Below, piece after piece: positions 24,436-38,300 of a stretch of 64,000 nucleotides of DNA. How positions within the stretch are numbered: position 1 is the stretch's first letter; each line of letters begins with the position of its first letter. Source of the DNA: Takakia lepidozioides (Eukaryota > Plantae > Bryophyta); contig CM060732.1 of NCBI GenBank assembly GCA_030704615.1, forward strand, positions 17,732,001 through 17,796,000, given 5' to 3'. The notes beneath the pieces were generated by a model that saw nothing but the letters and a program-made list of their open reading frames with translations, was not told the origin of the DNA and ran no database searches. A program made the position numbers and the translations under genes.

Positions 24436-26417
24436 TCATGCAGTCACATCCAGGGTCGTAGGAGCAGTCTGCTGTAGATAGACATAGTCACCAGGGTTGA
24501 ATCTCCGAACCCCATGACGATAGCCCCCACCACGTATGGTAGCATACCTCAACGTATCACGGTGTTGTGCAATGGCAAGGTTCTCGAAAGCCATGGGCAT
24601 GACTCTCTTGAACAACTCTGCACGCTGCTCACATGCACGTGCCCACACGTCCGGATCGTCAAGGTTAAGAACTGTAGCAGCTTCTCTGCGAATGGATGTA
24701 GGCAAATCCGGCTTTCGGCCAAAGAGAAGAAAGTATGGTGAGAAGGAGGCAAGTGATGCTTGCTTGCTGAACCTGTAGCCCATGGCTAACCAGGGTAACT
24801 GAAGGTCCCAATCTCCTAGGTGTCCCTTCTGCAAGCCATACTTGCACAAACCCCTCTTTACTGTCTAAACAATTCTCTCTGCCAAGCCATTGGCCTCAGG
24901 ATGATCCCGAGAAGTGGTGCGGTGGTCTATCAAGGCCTTGTCACACAAAGCCTGAAACTCCCTTAAGAACTCTCTCCCTTGGTCCGTGAGTACCTCAGCT
25001 GGAGCACCGAATCGGCTAAGCACACAATCCAAGAATGCATACACAGCTCCCTCACTAGCCTTATCAGGCAATGGAACCAACTCAATCCACTTGGAGAAGT
25101 GCTCCACCATCACCAACACATACTTGTTGTGGCGCATGGTCAGTGGCAATGGCCCTGCGAAGTCAAGACTCCACCTATAGCCCAATCCCATGATCGGAAG
25201 AGGGTGCAATTGTGGAGTAGGGGCGTTGAATGAAGCACGCACCCTATCACACACCATGCACCTAGCCACAAATTGTTGCACCTCTATGTGCATACCACGC
25301 CACCAATACTGCCCCTGCAGTAGACTATGAGTGCGTCGCACCCCAAAATGCCCCAACTCCTCATGGGCATGCCGCACTAACCGTGCCCGCTGTGTTGGGT
25401 GAGGCACAATCCTCACTCGACCATCCTCCCACACTCGGAGCAGGTGTGTCCCCTCCCACCTGAACCTCTTGGCTCGTTGTAGGATCCGATCCCTCTCCTT
25501 GGCAGTCACAGTGGCTGTCGTGTCTCCACTGCGGAGGTAGTCCAATACAACTGAATCCTCATGTATATCTTTGGCGCCACCCTGCTCATTGCTGGCCTCA
25601 GGGTCCTCAGACACTTGATCTACAGTCATCCTTGTTGTAGGTCCAACCTGGCCTTCCGCTGCCAAGATACACAGAAATGCAGATGCATGCCATCCGGGCA
25701 CCGTCTCCTTGTCCGTCTCACCATGCCACCGAGCTCCAGTGTCATCCTGCTGGCTCGTGCATGGATTGCGACTCAACCCATCTGCATTGCAATTGACCAA
25801 ACCCGGTCGATGCACCACCTGAAAGTCATACTCTTGCAGGATGAGTGCCCACCGTGCAAGCTTCCCCGTAAGCTTGTCTGACTCCATCAACCACTTGAGT
25901 GGTTGGTGATCCGTGACAAGGGTGAAGAGATTGCCGTATAGATAGCACCTGAAGTGTGCCACGGCCCACACTGCAGCTAAGCATTCTCCCTCATATGAGC
26001 TATACTTAGACTCTGCAACATTGTTCAAGCGGCTAGTATAAGCCACTACGAACTCTCTTCCCTCATCATCCACCTGTGTGAGCACCGCTCAAGCCCCAGC
26101 ATGCTCCAATCTGTATGCAGCTGAAAATGACGCCCCCTGATAGGTCGTCTCAAGATGGGCGTCGAGGTCAACCTCGCCTTGAGCTCTTGAAAAGCTTGTT
26201 CTTGCTCATCTTCCCACTGCCACTCCTGGTCCACCTTTGTCAGCTTGGTTAGAGCCTTTGCAATGGCACTAAATCCCTTAACAAACCGTCTGTAATAGTT
26301 TGCTAACCCCATGAAAGCTCGAACTCGGCTCACATCCGTGGGGCGTGGAACCTGTGCAATGGACTCTACCTTAGTCTGCTGTACCCCCAATCCTCCAGGA
26401 TATATCATGTGACCCAT
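24436..26417 (-). mobile_element. Ty3/gypsy pol fragment (RT connection, RNase H, integrase) from a third family, truncated on both sides
   Basis: FMGLANYYRRFV, HTDWS, YSSYEGECLAAVWAV, TDHQPLKWL, HEELGH..C..C, WSLDFAGPLP, TDQGREF, ANGLAER. Confidence 0.93.
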
Positions 26418-26819
26418 TGTATGTGCCCATTACCACTGGGCTACATGTTGGTTGTCTCTCAATATAGATACTACTACTGTAAGCTTGAATTTTTCGAGCA
26501 ACTAGTGCACATATTTGCTTTAGGCATGATATGGTGTATTAGTTATTCAAGTCTTTATAATTTAGTTCTAATCATTACGGGAGTTCATTATAGTATACAC
26601 ATATCATGATTGAAAAGTAGTATTCTACCTAATCACAATGACAAATCGACGACGGTAGGTATACTAGATCAGGTCCTACAATTCATGTTTATCGGGCTAC
26701 TGCGATTCAATCTGAATTATGTGAGCCCAGTGGCAATGTTTCGGTCTCTCCTTCAAAGGTGCCTGCTTTGTGTAGAAGAGCTCGATCATCTGAAGGAAGT
26801 AGTGTGGATGAACCTATGA

Positions 26820-27905
26820 TTTCGAGAAAAGCACGTACAAGCTCCAAACCATCTGGAAAATGGAAAGAAATGACAATGGTGTACAAACATTCGTGCCGTA
26901 GGAAGACAATTTGGGATTCCACAGACAGTATTAGAAGATGGATGTATGGAGTTACAACTACCAAAAATCTGACATGAACACCGTGTTGATAATTGAAAAA
27001 AAATAAAAAAATTGGTGAAATGGATGTTGCAGTGTTAACTGGCTAGGACATGTCTCAATTTAGCTGTGCTACGACTTAGGGTGAAGGAGATAACTAGTGA
27101 TCGTCCAACACCATTTGTAAATGGAATGTTGGGAAGGAGTTGGTGGAAATGGTTTAAAAAAGACATCCTGAAATCGTTGAAAGAGTTGCTGAAAGGTTGG
27201 AGAAGTCAAGAGCGCAAACGTATGTGCAGAAGTGATAAGTCCATTCTACATAAATTTGGCACGGATCTATTCACAATACCACTATCAGCCGACGTACATA
27301 TGGAACTGCGATGAAACCGGTATACAAGCTGGAAGGACACTGGGTATGAGAGGTCTTGCACAACAAGGAAGTAAGGATGTTTGTGGCGTGCTTCCCAAAA
27401 GCAGAGAATGGCTCACTATACTAGTATGTGTAAACTCAACATGTCATCTCCTTCCAAATTTTTATGTTTTCAAAGGAAAAGTACCTGGACGTAATTTCAT
27501 AGCCAGTTGTGAAGCGAGTGCAACAATGGCGACTCAACCAAAAGCTTGGATGACAACAATTTTGTTTGCCGATTGGCTTTGACATTTTCAACGGAATATT
27601 CCTGGTGGCATATCTGTCGATAATAGACATTTGCTCATTTTGGACAATTGTAGTTCTCACAGCGGATGCCATCAGCTTTGCCTGAAGTGTTAGACTAGAT
27701 ATTCTAGCAATTCTTGCACACACCTCTCACAAATTATAGCCTTTGGATGTTTCTTGCTTCTATCATTTCAACCTTTATTTCAAGCTTGAACGCAGTTTGT
27801 TTGAATTATGGAGCACCACGGAGAGGTTGTAAAAGAACACATAGCTTCTTTGGTGAGCAAAGCACTACAGCATGCACTAACCATGAATACCATTGCAAAT
27901 GGATT
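26820..27905 (+). pseudogene. pogo/Tigger-like (DDE_1) transposase remnant
   Basis: GRSWWKWFKK, IWNCDETG, WLTILVCVN, FKGK, AWMT..F.DWL, LLILDNCSSH, with many stops and frameshifts. Confidence 0.85.
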
Positions 27906-28445
27906 TAGGAGGGGGGCGATTGTGGCAGACTACTTTATTGTGCATATATGTGTGGTGTGGTTTGGACAGCGATGTAGTTGTGTAGCGATACGTATGCGCA
28001 CGACAGCTGTCAAGTTAAATAAGCACAGTGTGAAAACGACTAGAATAAAGCTAGTTATTTGTACTTAAAACTTGGATTTAGGTCAAGTGTTAAGTCAGGT
28101 GTCAAGTTTAGTTTGACATCTGAACCGTCTTATCTTCACGAGAGCGGCAATCGCGCAGCTCATCTCTCTCGAGTTGAGCCTGCGCGACCGAGCTCCTGCA
28201 TCGTTTAGGACTGAGTGTTTATGATGGGAGTATAGGTTGTTGTGGGGTGGAGTCCCCATAGCTTGGGGTGCCCCTGGCTCGACTATTATCTTAACGAGTG
28301 ATAGCGATGGATTTCATGTTTCTTGTGTTGAGAGTGTGTGTCCTTTAGCTTTCTTATCATTGTGGCAGACTACTTTATTGTGCATATATGTGTGGTGTGG
28401 TTTGGACAACGATGTAGTTGTGTAGCGATACGTATGCGCACGACA
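27906..28445 (+). mobile_element. Copia-like PPT plus LTR (27921-28359) followed directly by the start of a second copy (28361-28445)
   Basis: AGGAGGGGGGCGAT precedes TGTGG...TTATCA; the first ~85 bp are repeated at 28361 with one mismatch. Confidence 0.6.
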
Positions 28446-31400
28446 CCTTACACAACCAGTCACAGCTCGGCACAGCTTGACACAGCCTGTCACAGTACAT
28501 GGGGAACAGTTATCATAGACAGGGAACGACTATGAGGGAACGATAATTGCAGAGGGAACGTGTTACTTCAGGGATGATGGTTAGTTAGTTAGGTGGTTAG
28601 AACAGGTTGCGGGCAGATAAGGAGAGCGGCAACGGAAAGAGGAGCACTTCACGGGGAGCGCTTCTGGGTCATGGGAAGAGGAGATCATGCAGAGAGCAAG
28701 AACGAGAGCACAGAGAAGGAGGAAAGATGAACAGTAGATGCCTATTACATGCAAAGTTGTAGTGATACTGTAGGGCGGATTAGAGTCACCATGGCATTGG
28801 CCTGATACCTGATAAATCATAATTTGATACTTATTTGATACAATCACACTGTGTAGAGAGACATGAGTGAAGCTGTGAAATGAATGCATGATTAACTGGA
28901 ACTAAGTAGATACTGAAGCAATCTGATACTTCAGTATCAGATAAGGTAAATTGATAACATGAAGGCAAGAAGGAATACAAATGGGAAGCACAACCATGAT
29001 TCACTAGCTGAAGGTCATGACTGATAGTACTGAGCGGGCTGAGTGCTTAGAGATATCCAACTCTTCTATCTTGGAGTTTCCACCTCGGATAGCGAAGGGA
29101 TGGGTGAGTAAAAGCCGTTCGACATTTGGTGACCATACTGGGGACCTGGGTCATGAACAACCAGATGTGACAGGCATCTGGTGGGATCATGGTGGTTGGA
29201 GAATTAAAGAATTTGATGTGAATCAAATTCCCTGTGAAACTGAGAAGGAAAGATTGTCCAAACAATTCTTTCAGAGGTTCTTAGAATTGCCAGACGGTTG
29301 TAAAGACAACATTCTTAAGAGAGTGGGGTCTGGAGAAAGGAGTGATAAAGATTTATCAGGTGGCCTGTAGAGGAAGAGCACATTGGTTACCAACACTGGT
29401 TTATGTGATAGTATTGCTATCCATTAAGCGAGTAGAGTTTGAAGGCTGGGAGGAAAGGAAGGTGAATGTTTATACTCATATGTATGAAGAGCTTGTACTG
29501 GTAAAGAATTGGATTCCAAAGGATATTTTGTGGATCAAACTCACACCAAGAACAGCTTTCCAGACTTGTTTGTCATATGGTTATATGGTAACAGAGACTT
29601 CTAGTATAGCCAAGGGTGCATTGAAGCTTGAAAGAAACCCAGGCATATACGAGAGATACTATAGAAGAGAGTTTTGGTTATTGCCACATTAAAGAAATAA
29701 AAGACATGGGACATGAGTGATGAAAGAGAAGCTAGACTCCAGAGATATTCAGCAAAAAGAGAAAGTTATCTGAAAGCTAATTATCCATATCTTTGGGAGA
29801 GAGGAATAGACATAGGGGAATCATCTGGACCTCTCCCACCATTAAGATCAGAGAGTACATCACCCATACCGGAAGAACTAGAGTTGGATGCCACTCCTTC
29901 TTTTTCTTTGTAAGAAAGATTAAGGGAATTGGTACTGGAAGAAGATCAACCACGAGGTGAAAGATCTGAGGTACATCCCTGGATAAAAGATTTGACAGAA
30001 ATCTTCGATAAGAGTTGGCATGGAGCACCAAAAGCAGGAACTCCAGTTTCTGAGACGGAAGATGAAGAAGGAGGAGAGGATGTGGCAGAGCCAACGGAGA
30101 GTTCAGACTCTCCATCACCATTGCAGTTGAGTTACATGGGTGAAGAAGAAACCCAAGGGCAGAACTTGGAGGATGAAAACAGAGAGAAGAAATTGGCAGA
30201 GGAAGAGTATGAAGAAGTAGACCCAACAGCTGAGGTTGAGACTACAACCAGGACATCCCAACCCATTGGACCTGGATCAAGTGGAGCACTTGGATCATAG
30301 GCCAACGAAGTGTCGGCTCAGGGGGATCAGGCGGGCAGCCTGGATCTGGCTTTGGGGGGACAGGGAGTATGGGAAGTAGTGCAACTGGAGCTAGGAATAC
30401 TGTGAATATAGTGGGGCCAGTAGCAGGGAGTGCTCAGGGGCCACCACTTGGTGGAAGTTCCACCACAACTACAACAGGTCCTCGAGGACCAGCACCAGCA
30501 AGGGGGCCAACATCTGTCAGTGGGCAGAAGGTAGGGCCACAGATGGCATTACAACCAACACGGGCAAAACCACCTTTCCAATATATTCAGGAAAAGGGGA
30601 TCCTGATGTACACATTAGCCAATTTGAGCACATGTGTATTGTGAACAATGAGAATGGCGATGATGCCAAGATGAGACTGTTTCCTTGTTCACTTATCAAG
30701 AAAACAAGTGAATGGTAAGCAAGATTCCCTGATAATCATTTCCTAACCTGGAATGGCTTGAATACAACATTCCGAAATAGGTTCAGGACAAGTAAAACTG
30801 AGGATGAAGTGTATGGAAGTTTACAACAGTTAAAGCAAAAGAAGCATGAAACTGTTGAGGAGTATATGGAAAAGATGGAATTGATGATGAAAAAGCTGGT
30901 TGCTGTACCAGCACCAGGTTTACAGAAGACTTGGTTTGTGAGTGGACTAAGACCAGAGTTGCAAAAAAAAATGGATATGTTACCCCATAATACAGTGGAG
31001 GAGGCATTTGAAACAGCGAACAGAATTGAGCAATTGGGAATGCTCAGGAGAGAGAAAAGGGATGATGAGGACTCTGAGGATGAGATGAGGAAGAAGAGCA
31101 AGAGCTGAAAAGGAAGAGTAAGAGGAAGGAGAAGTTGAAGAGGGATAACTATGAGAAAAGATTAGAAGAAATCTTGAAGAAGTATGCCACAGAGGCTGCA
31201 ACACATTGGAGGAAGGGTGTTTGGTGTGCAAAGTGCCAGAATGAAGGCCATACCACCACTGAATGCCACATGAAGGAGAAACACTGAAATATCTGTAAGA
31301 TGGATAATCATTCTACTGAGAATTGTTACTACAACAGAAGGACAGCAGCTAGAGAACCTAGGCAAGTAAGGGTGCATCAAGTACAGCCCCAGCCAAGAAG

Positions 31401-34400
31401 AAACAGTGATCAGGACCACTATGGTAGGCCTGGAGGTTATAACAATGGCATGGAAGGGAGAGGTAATTCAAGAGGGAATTACCAAGGAAATTCCAGAGGC
31501 AATTATCAGGGTAATCCAAGGGGGAATTACCAGCCAGGGAATCAGGATTACAGAAACAATTCCAGAACAGACCAAGGGCGAGGACCTAATGGGGAAGAAC
31601 TGTATTACTATTGTAATCAGGCAGGCCATTGCAAGGCAGCCTGTCCATTCTAGATAAGACACCAGAATGAGATGAGAGCTCCTGTGAATGAGGGGCCAGT
31701 GGTGGCAGCTCACATGGTTAGGCCATGTGTTGTACCAGAAGTAAGTACAATGATAATAACGAGAAACAAAGCCAAACTAATACCTCCAGTAGATGAGGAA
31801 GATGATGATAATGAAGATGGCAGTGATGTGCCTAAAGATGATGAGGCTTGGAGAGATGAGAAGGAACTGCACAAGGAAGTGGCAGATACCATAAGGGAAA
31901 TGCAGAAGAGTACTGATATTCCTATGGCAGATTCCTCTGATTCTGAAAGAGAAGAGGAAGTGAGTGAGGATGAAGGGAAGAAAGAAGCTACAGACATGCA
32001 GAGTAATGAAGGGACTTTGGCTGAAGTAATATACCAGTCCAAAGCGGAGATTACCATTGGACAGCTATTGGCTGTGGCACCTTATTGTAGACACAGGCTG
32101 TATCAAGCAATCAATCGAATTGCCCATGTGACAGGGAACACAGACCTGAACAGCAAGGTGACCAGTTATAATGTGAAGTCGGAAGGGCGAGAAACAGTCA
32201 TGGACTTTGATGATTCTATGCCAGTAATCCAATTGAGAATTGGAAGTACATAACTAACTGATGTACTGATAGATGGAGGCTCTGGAGTGAATATCATGAC
32301 AGACCAATTAAGGCAGAAGCTTGGTCTAAGTAACATGAAACCAGCCCCATTTACATTAACAATGGCAAATCAAAGAAGTGTACAGCCATTGGGATTGATA
32401 AGATGAGTTAAGATACAGATTCAAAAGATGATCTTTATGATCACAGTAACTGTGTTGAAAATGGATGAAGTCATGGAAGCTTACTCCTTATTGTTGGGAC
32501 GTCCGTGGCTGAAACAGGCCAAGGTATTCCATAACTGGAATTCCCAGTTACTAACTGTGCATGATGGGATGCACAAGATACAAATTACCACTAAGAAATC
32601 TAGTAGATTATCTGCTACGAGAAGACCTTGAGGGGTCAGGGAGTATGACTGGAGGGGAGGACTTGATGAGAAGCAGGAAGCTACCATGTTCGCTGCACAC
32701 CCAGAGTGGGAGCAAGTTGCAGAGATGCAGCTAGAAGGCCTAAGTTGTTTAAAAGGTATCTGCTGTGGTGTAGTGACAGCAACACCAATTGAAGGTGAAA
32801 CAAGCAGTTACCCACCACATTTCTATGAAGAAAGAGAGGGAGAAATGGAAATCCTAGAGGAACCAGCCACTGTGAGTTTACAGGATGAAGTGGTGACTGG
32901 TTGGACAATCACAGCTGATGAGCAGGTGAAAGAAGTGAATGTGAGAACTGAAGAGGAACCGAGGATGGTGAAGGTAGGGGCTGATTTGGAGCCATAATTC
33001 TTTGAGGAAGCTAAGAGTTTGTTCATCAAATACAGAGATGTATTTGCTTGGAGCTACGAGGATCTAAAAGGGATACCACCTGAGATCTGTCAGCATAAGA
33101 TTGAACTGGAACCAGGGTCAGTACCAATCAAACAGGCAAGGTACAGAATGAATCCCAACTATGCACAGAAGGTTGGAGAAGAGATCATTAATTGGCTGAG
33201 GCTAAGTTTATATACCCGATAGAGTATACAACTTGGTTGTCACCCATTGTGATAGTTCCCAAGAAGAATGGTAAACTGAGAGTTTGTGTGAACCATAAGA
33301 AGTTGAATGCTTGCACGAAGAAAGGTCATTTCTCCTTGCCATTCACAGAAGCGGTATTGGACACTATGGCAGGCCATGAGATGTACTCATTCATGGATGG
33401 CTTCAATGGTTATAATCAAGTGCAAGTGGCAGAAGAAGACCAGGGAAAAACAGCTTTCATCACAAACTGGGGTGCTTATGCATACAAAGTCATGCCTTTT
33501 GGACTTTGTAATGCACCAGCAACCTTTTAGAGAGTGATAAGTGAATCTTTTCATGAGTATCTGGATGATTTCATGCAGGTGTTCTTGGATGATTTCAGTG
33601 TGTACAGCTCTAAGAATGAGCACTTGCATAAATTGGAGTTATGTTTGGCCAGATGCAGGATGAGAGGTCTGGGCCTGAATCCAGAGAAGTGTACTTTCTG
33701 TGTGAACTCAGGGGTGCTTCTGGGACACATTGTGTAAGAGGGGACTTCTTGTGGATCCCAGGAAGACAGAGGCCATTAAAGCCTCTCCATCACCAGTAAA
33801 TGTTAAGAGTCTAAGGAGATTCCTTGGACAAACCAGTTATTACAGAAGATTTGTCAAAAGGTATGCACAGATAGCAGCACCATTGAGCAAGCTTCTGAAG
33901 AAAGATGCAATGTTTGCAGGGACAGCTGAACGTCAGCAGGCTTTTGAGGAACTTACATTGTCAGTAACAACTACACCTGTGCTGATTAACCCTCACTGGC
34001 ATGTAGTATTTCATGTTCACTATGATGCCTCAGGGGAAGCGTTGGGAGCGGTGTTAGCCCAAAATGTTACAGGAAATATAGATTCACCTGTGTACTATGC
34101 TAGCAGGTTGATGAACAGTGCTGAAAGGAACTATAGCACAACTAAAAGAGAAGCACTGGCAATGATTTATGTAGTCAAGAAATTCAGGCATTACCTATTG
34201 GGAAGAAAGTTTATGTTTTATGTGGATCACCAGGCTCTGATATATCTGGTGAACAAACCTTTGATAAGTGGAAGGATAGCAAGGTGGTTAATAATCTTGC
34301 ACGAGTTTGAGTTTGAAGTTGTTTACAAGCCTGGCCGTTTGTATCTTGTGGCAGATCATTTGTCACGCCTAACAACAGGAGAGCCCGTCACAGGAGTAGA

Positions 34401-35372
34401 CGACCAATTACCTGATGCGAGTTTATTTGCAATGGAGGTACAGGGAAGTGCAGATGAAAGGTTAGATTGGTAGTGGTCAATCAGATACTACCTTACTCAT
34501 GGTCAGTGCCCACCTAGTTATGGTAAGGAGCAGAGGAAGAGAATCGGTATCAAGGCTTTACCTTATACTATGGTAGTGGGCAGAATGTATAAGCTAGGAC
34601 CTGATGGAGTACTTAAACGATGCTTGTACCACCATGAAGTAAATAAAGTTTTGGAGGAAGTTCATAAAGGAGTGGCTGGAGGTCATTTTGGAGAAGAGAC
34701 TACCAGTAGGAAGATACTACTTGCAGGTTACTGGTGGCCTACTTTGTTCAAAGATGTACACAAGTATTGTCAGAGTTGTGATGAATGTCAGAGGCTAGGA
34801 CCTTTGCAGAGATCTGGGAAGATGGCTTTGCATCCTACGATGCCTACTGAACCATTTCAGAAATGGGGACTAGACTTTGTTGGACCAATTAACCCACCAG
34901 CCAAGAATACACAGAATAAGTACATAATTACAGCCACTGATTATATTATGAAATGGGTGGAAGCTAAAGCTCTGAGGGACAACACAGCCAAGTCCACAGC
35001 AAGGTTCCTGTATAAGAACATACTTATACGATTTGGTTGTCCCCTGGAATTTATCAGTGACCAGGGAAGTCACTTCATTAATGAGACCATTGAACTATTG
35101 ACTAAAGAGTTCATGATTGTGCATAGGAAGAGTACAACATATTACCCACAGGGTAATGGGCAGGCAGAGGCTACCAACAAAATACTATGTACTATCTTGG
35201 CTAAGATAGTCATTGCAAACAGAACGGATTGGGATACAAAGCTACTGACAGCTTTGTGGTCATACAAGACTTCATATAAAGTCACCACTAAGTATACACC
35301 GTTCCAATTAGTTTATGGTATGGAAGCTTTACTTCCAGTGGAATTCTTGTTACCTACCATGAGAACTGAATG
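28446..35372 (+). mobile_element. Large non-chromovirus Ty3/gypsy (family B) copy 1: partial 5' LTR, PBS, extra ORF, gag-PR-RT-RH-INT, decayed
   Basis: LTR ends ...CGACA at 29124; PBS TGGTGACCATACTGGGGA at 29127-29144. Gag has CCHC knuckles; PR IDGGSGVN; RT MPFGLCNAP and FLDD; RH DASG; INT WGLDFVGP, SDQGSHF, GQAEATN. Cut in the integrase by a CACTA end. Confidence 0.95.
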
Positions 35373-38300
35373 CACTAGAAGCATTCGTGTCTTTTTCGAA
35401 TCGACTGCATGTCCGCGACCACTCCGGGAACCACTTGGTAGTAAACGGGACTACTGGAGAGTTGAAACAGACAAAATTTGAAAAAGCCAAAATTGCAAGT
35501 GGTTGTAATTACTGCACATGCGACTACAAATTTTCATTCCTAATTCGATTAATGGAATAAAGATATTTATTCATTAAAGTGAATATGTAGTCGACTCAAC
35601 GACTCCATGAACCACTGCGCATTCATTGCACCCATGACTCGGCAGCACATTTGCTGACGTGGCTTTCACAAAAAGAGGTAAACAAAATGTGGCCTTGGGG
35701 GAATAGATATTTTAATACATGCTGCCTCCACCTGGCCTGTCTGGCAAGGATGCAAGTGCTGCGTCGGACATGGCGGGACGTGGGAATGCAAATCCTGACA
35801 CGGCAAGGCCTTCGTATACTGTGAGCGCGCGTAGTGGCTTCTCAGAACGGTGTGACATCGGGTTCTTGGTCATTCAACACTTACAGAATGTGCTGGATGG
35901 AGGCACGATGGAGCGCACGGAGAGGTAAAGGCTGAAAGCGTTCATTAAGGTTGTGAACTACAATTATATCATGCCAAACCAGTTTTTCGGTACGCAGATG
36001 GTGTCACGAGAGATTCTGCGATTTGCGCATAGGTGGACTTAATTTTGATGTTGACTTGAAGGCAAATGTGACACCAGTGAAACTGGAAACTACAGGTAAG
36101 ATGATGGCGTGCTACATCGCGACATAAACCTGCATTTGACATTCAGGCTTAGGATTCATGCAATTTGGTGCTACTCAGGCCTGCACAGTTCCAGAGCAGA
36201 AGTGGGAGCCCATCCCAGGGATGGGGACCTCGTAAGTGCTTCTTCATTTTGTACTCACCTTGTTTTTGCATCGCACTTGTGCTACAAGGGGCAGAGCCAT
36301 TCATTTGGCTGGAGGTTCAATTCCTCTACAAGTGAGCTATTCCCGTGTCACTACAATCAGTTAGATGTGTTTGTGGTGGTTGCTGGATTTGCGGCTCTAG
36401 GGTGTCTTGCCAAGTGCTTGCAGGGATCAACGTTAATGTGGACGGGGCAGTACATATAGCATAAAAGCTCATTCACTGGTGAAGAAGACCATGTGCAAAC
36501 ATATGTCATGCTATTGCTTCGAGAGTGCTGCTATTGGGCAAGTGGGAGAATGAAACAACGGTGAGAAGGAAAGCAAGGGAAGCACAAAAAGGTGTCGTTC
36601 GGTCCTGCTCCTTTGGAGACACCCCCCATTCCACTGGTCTTTGTTCCTGGAAAGCATGCAGATGGGCCAGAAAATGCATGCACACATTCACATCTACTTC
36701 CCGTACATGAAGACGATCCTCTCCTCACATGTCAGAAACAATATGGGCAGAACAAAAAAAGGTTTGTTCACAAGACAGTCAGTGACCACATACCCATACA
36801 TTATCGATACTATTAACTGTCTCGCCCTTGCTTATAAGCAGGACTGTACAAAATGGGTTCTAAGGACAGTAAGAGTCCTTAGCATAGCTCTCGTCTATGA
36901 GCTGCTGGCTTAATGGACACTGAGATTCAGCTGGGCTCACTATCCGTATCCAAATAATCTTCCCCTTCACTACCCACATCTGCAATTTGCCTGGCGGTAA
37001 TTACCAACCCTGGAATGTCTTCCTCATTAAAGGTAACTGATCCTTCCAAAGAGACTGGTTCGGCCGTATCTGGTAGATTTCGTGGTTCCCTCAGACCCTC
37101 GTGGTCGGCATTCTCCCCTAGGTCCAGATCATGGACGTCGGCAACGACTCATTTGGCCCGGGGGTCCTTGTGAAGAACCACCTTCCATCCCGGCGCATGG
37201 ATGTCATCTGAAAAGAAAACTTGCTCAACTTGCGATGGGAAGATGAATGGCTCTTCATCTTGTGGTAGCATTTTTCTGAAATCAGCAAGGAGGAACCCGT
37301 ACTCATCCCGTTTCATGGTGGCATTCTCTCCTACCATATTGGCTTTTACCTAAGAACAACGGAATAGAATTGGCTTCACAAGACCATAGTCTAGTTTAAG
37401 GATCTCTTTGATCACTCCTACATATTGCACATGGCATGAAATTGGATTCCGATCTCGTGCACAGCTCCTACTCTCTTGTTCAAAAAATGATGCCACTCCG
37501 CTGTCATAAGTCACCAGGAGGCTAGTGTTGGCATCGTCCTCTCTATAGTGATTGCCATATGCTTTCATTGACCGGTACGAAGTGGCAATCAGCCCTGGGG
37601 GGAATGACAGACTCACCATGCCCTCATCTGGGTCCTCGTTCTCTGATGCGTACTTTCTTTTTGCAGATTTGACCCACACTGTAAAGGGCTGCAGCTCCTC
37701 CATTGTTGTCGGGTACTCCACCGGGGATCTGCGCCTATGATCGCCCCTCCGCCATGCTTTTGCAAATGCTCTCCGTTCCGTTTTCAGGCGGACCTTCTCC
37801 GCTGCATATTTTCTGGCAGAAACCAAATAGAAGCTGCAACTCAGTCCCCCTGACCAACACCGTACTGTACATGCATGCCACATGTAGAGTGTGTCCTTTC
37901 AAGCACATTGTAGTGATGCAGCCTACTTCATGATCACTTGCAAGCAACAACACCAACTACGAAACACCCTCTGTTGTCGTCTGAAGCACCCTGTTAGTAC
38001 ACGATCCCACTCCCATAGTGGCCGGAATGACTTGTGACAATATATATATAATTCATGCATACAAAGACCATTAAGAATAGCACATGAGGGATGTAAAGTT
38101 TACACCCACTGTCTCCATGGTGTCATGGTTGTTGTGTTGTTCAACACATAATCATGTGCCACATCCCGAAGGCGCGGGCTCATGGCACGCTTTGTTCCAC
38201 CACCTTCTAGGACCTCGCCTACAACTCCTTCTTCCTCGTTCTCGTCCCACACCTGTCGTTGTATTGCATCAAATGAAGACATATACTGTGTCATGAAGCC

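Noticed and set aside
35700-36900. Captured gene inside the CACTA end
   Set aside because: Only short ORFs and isolated splice-like sites; no recognisable protein could be assembled.
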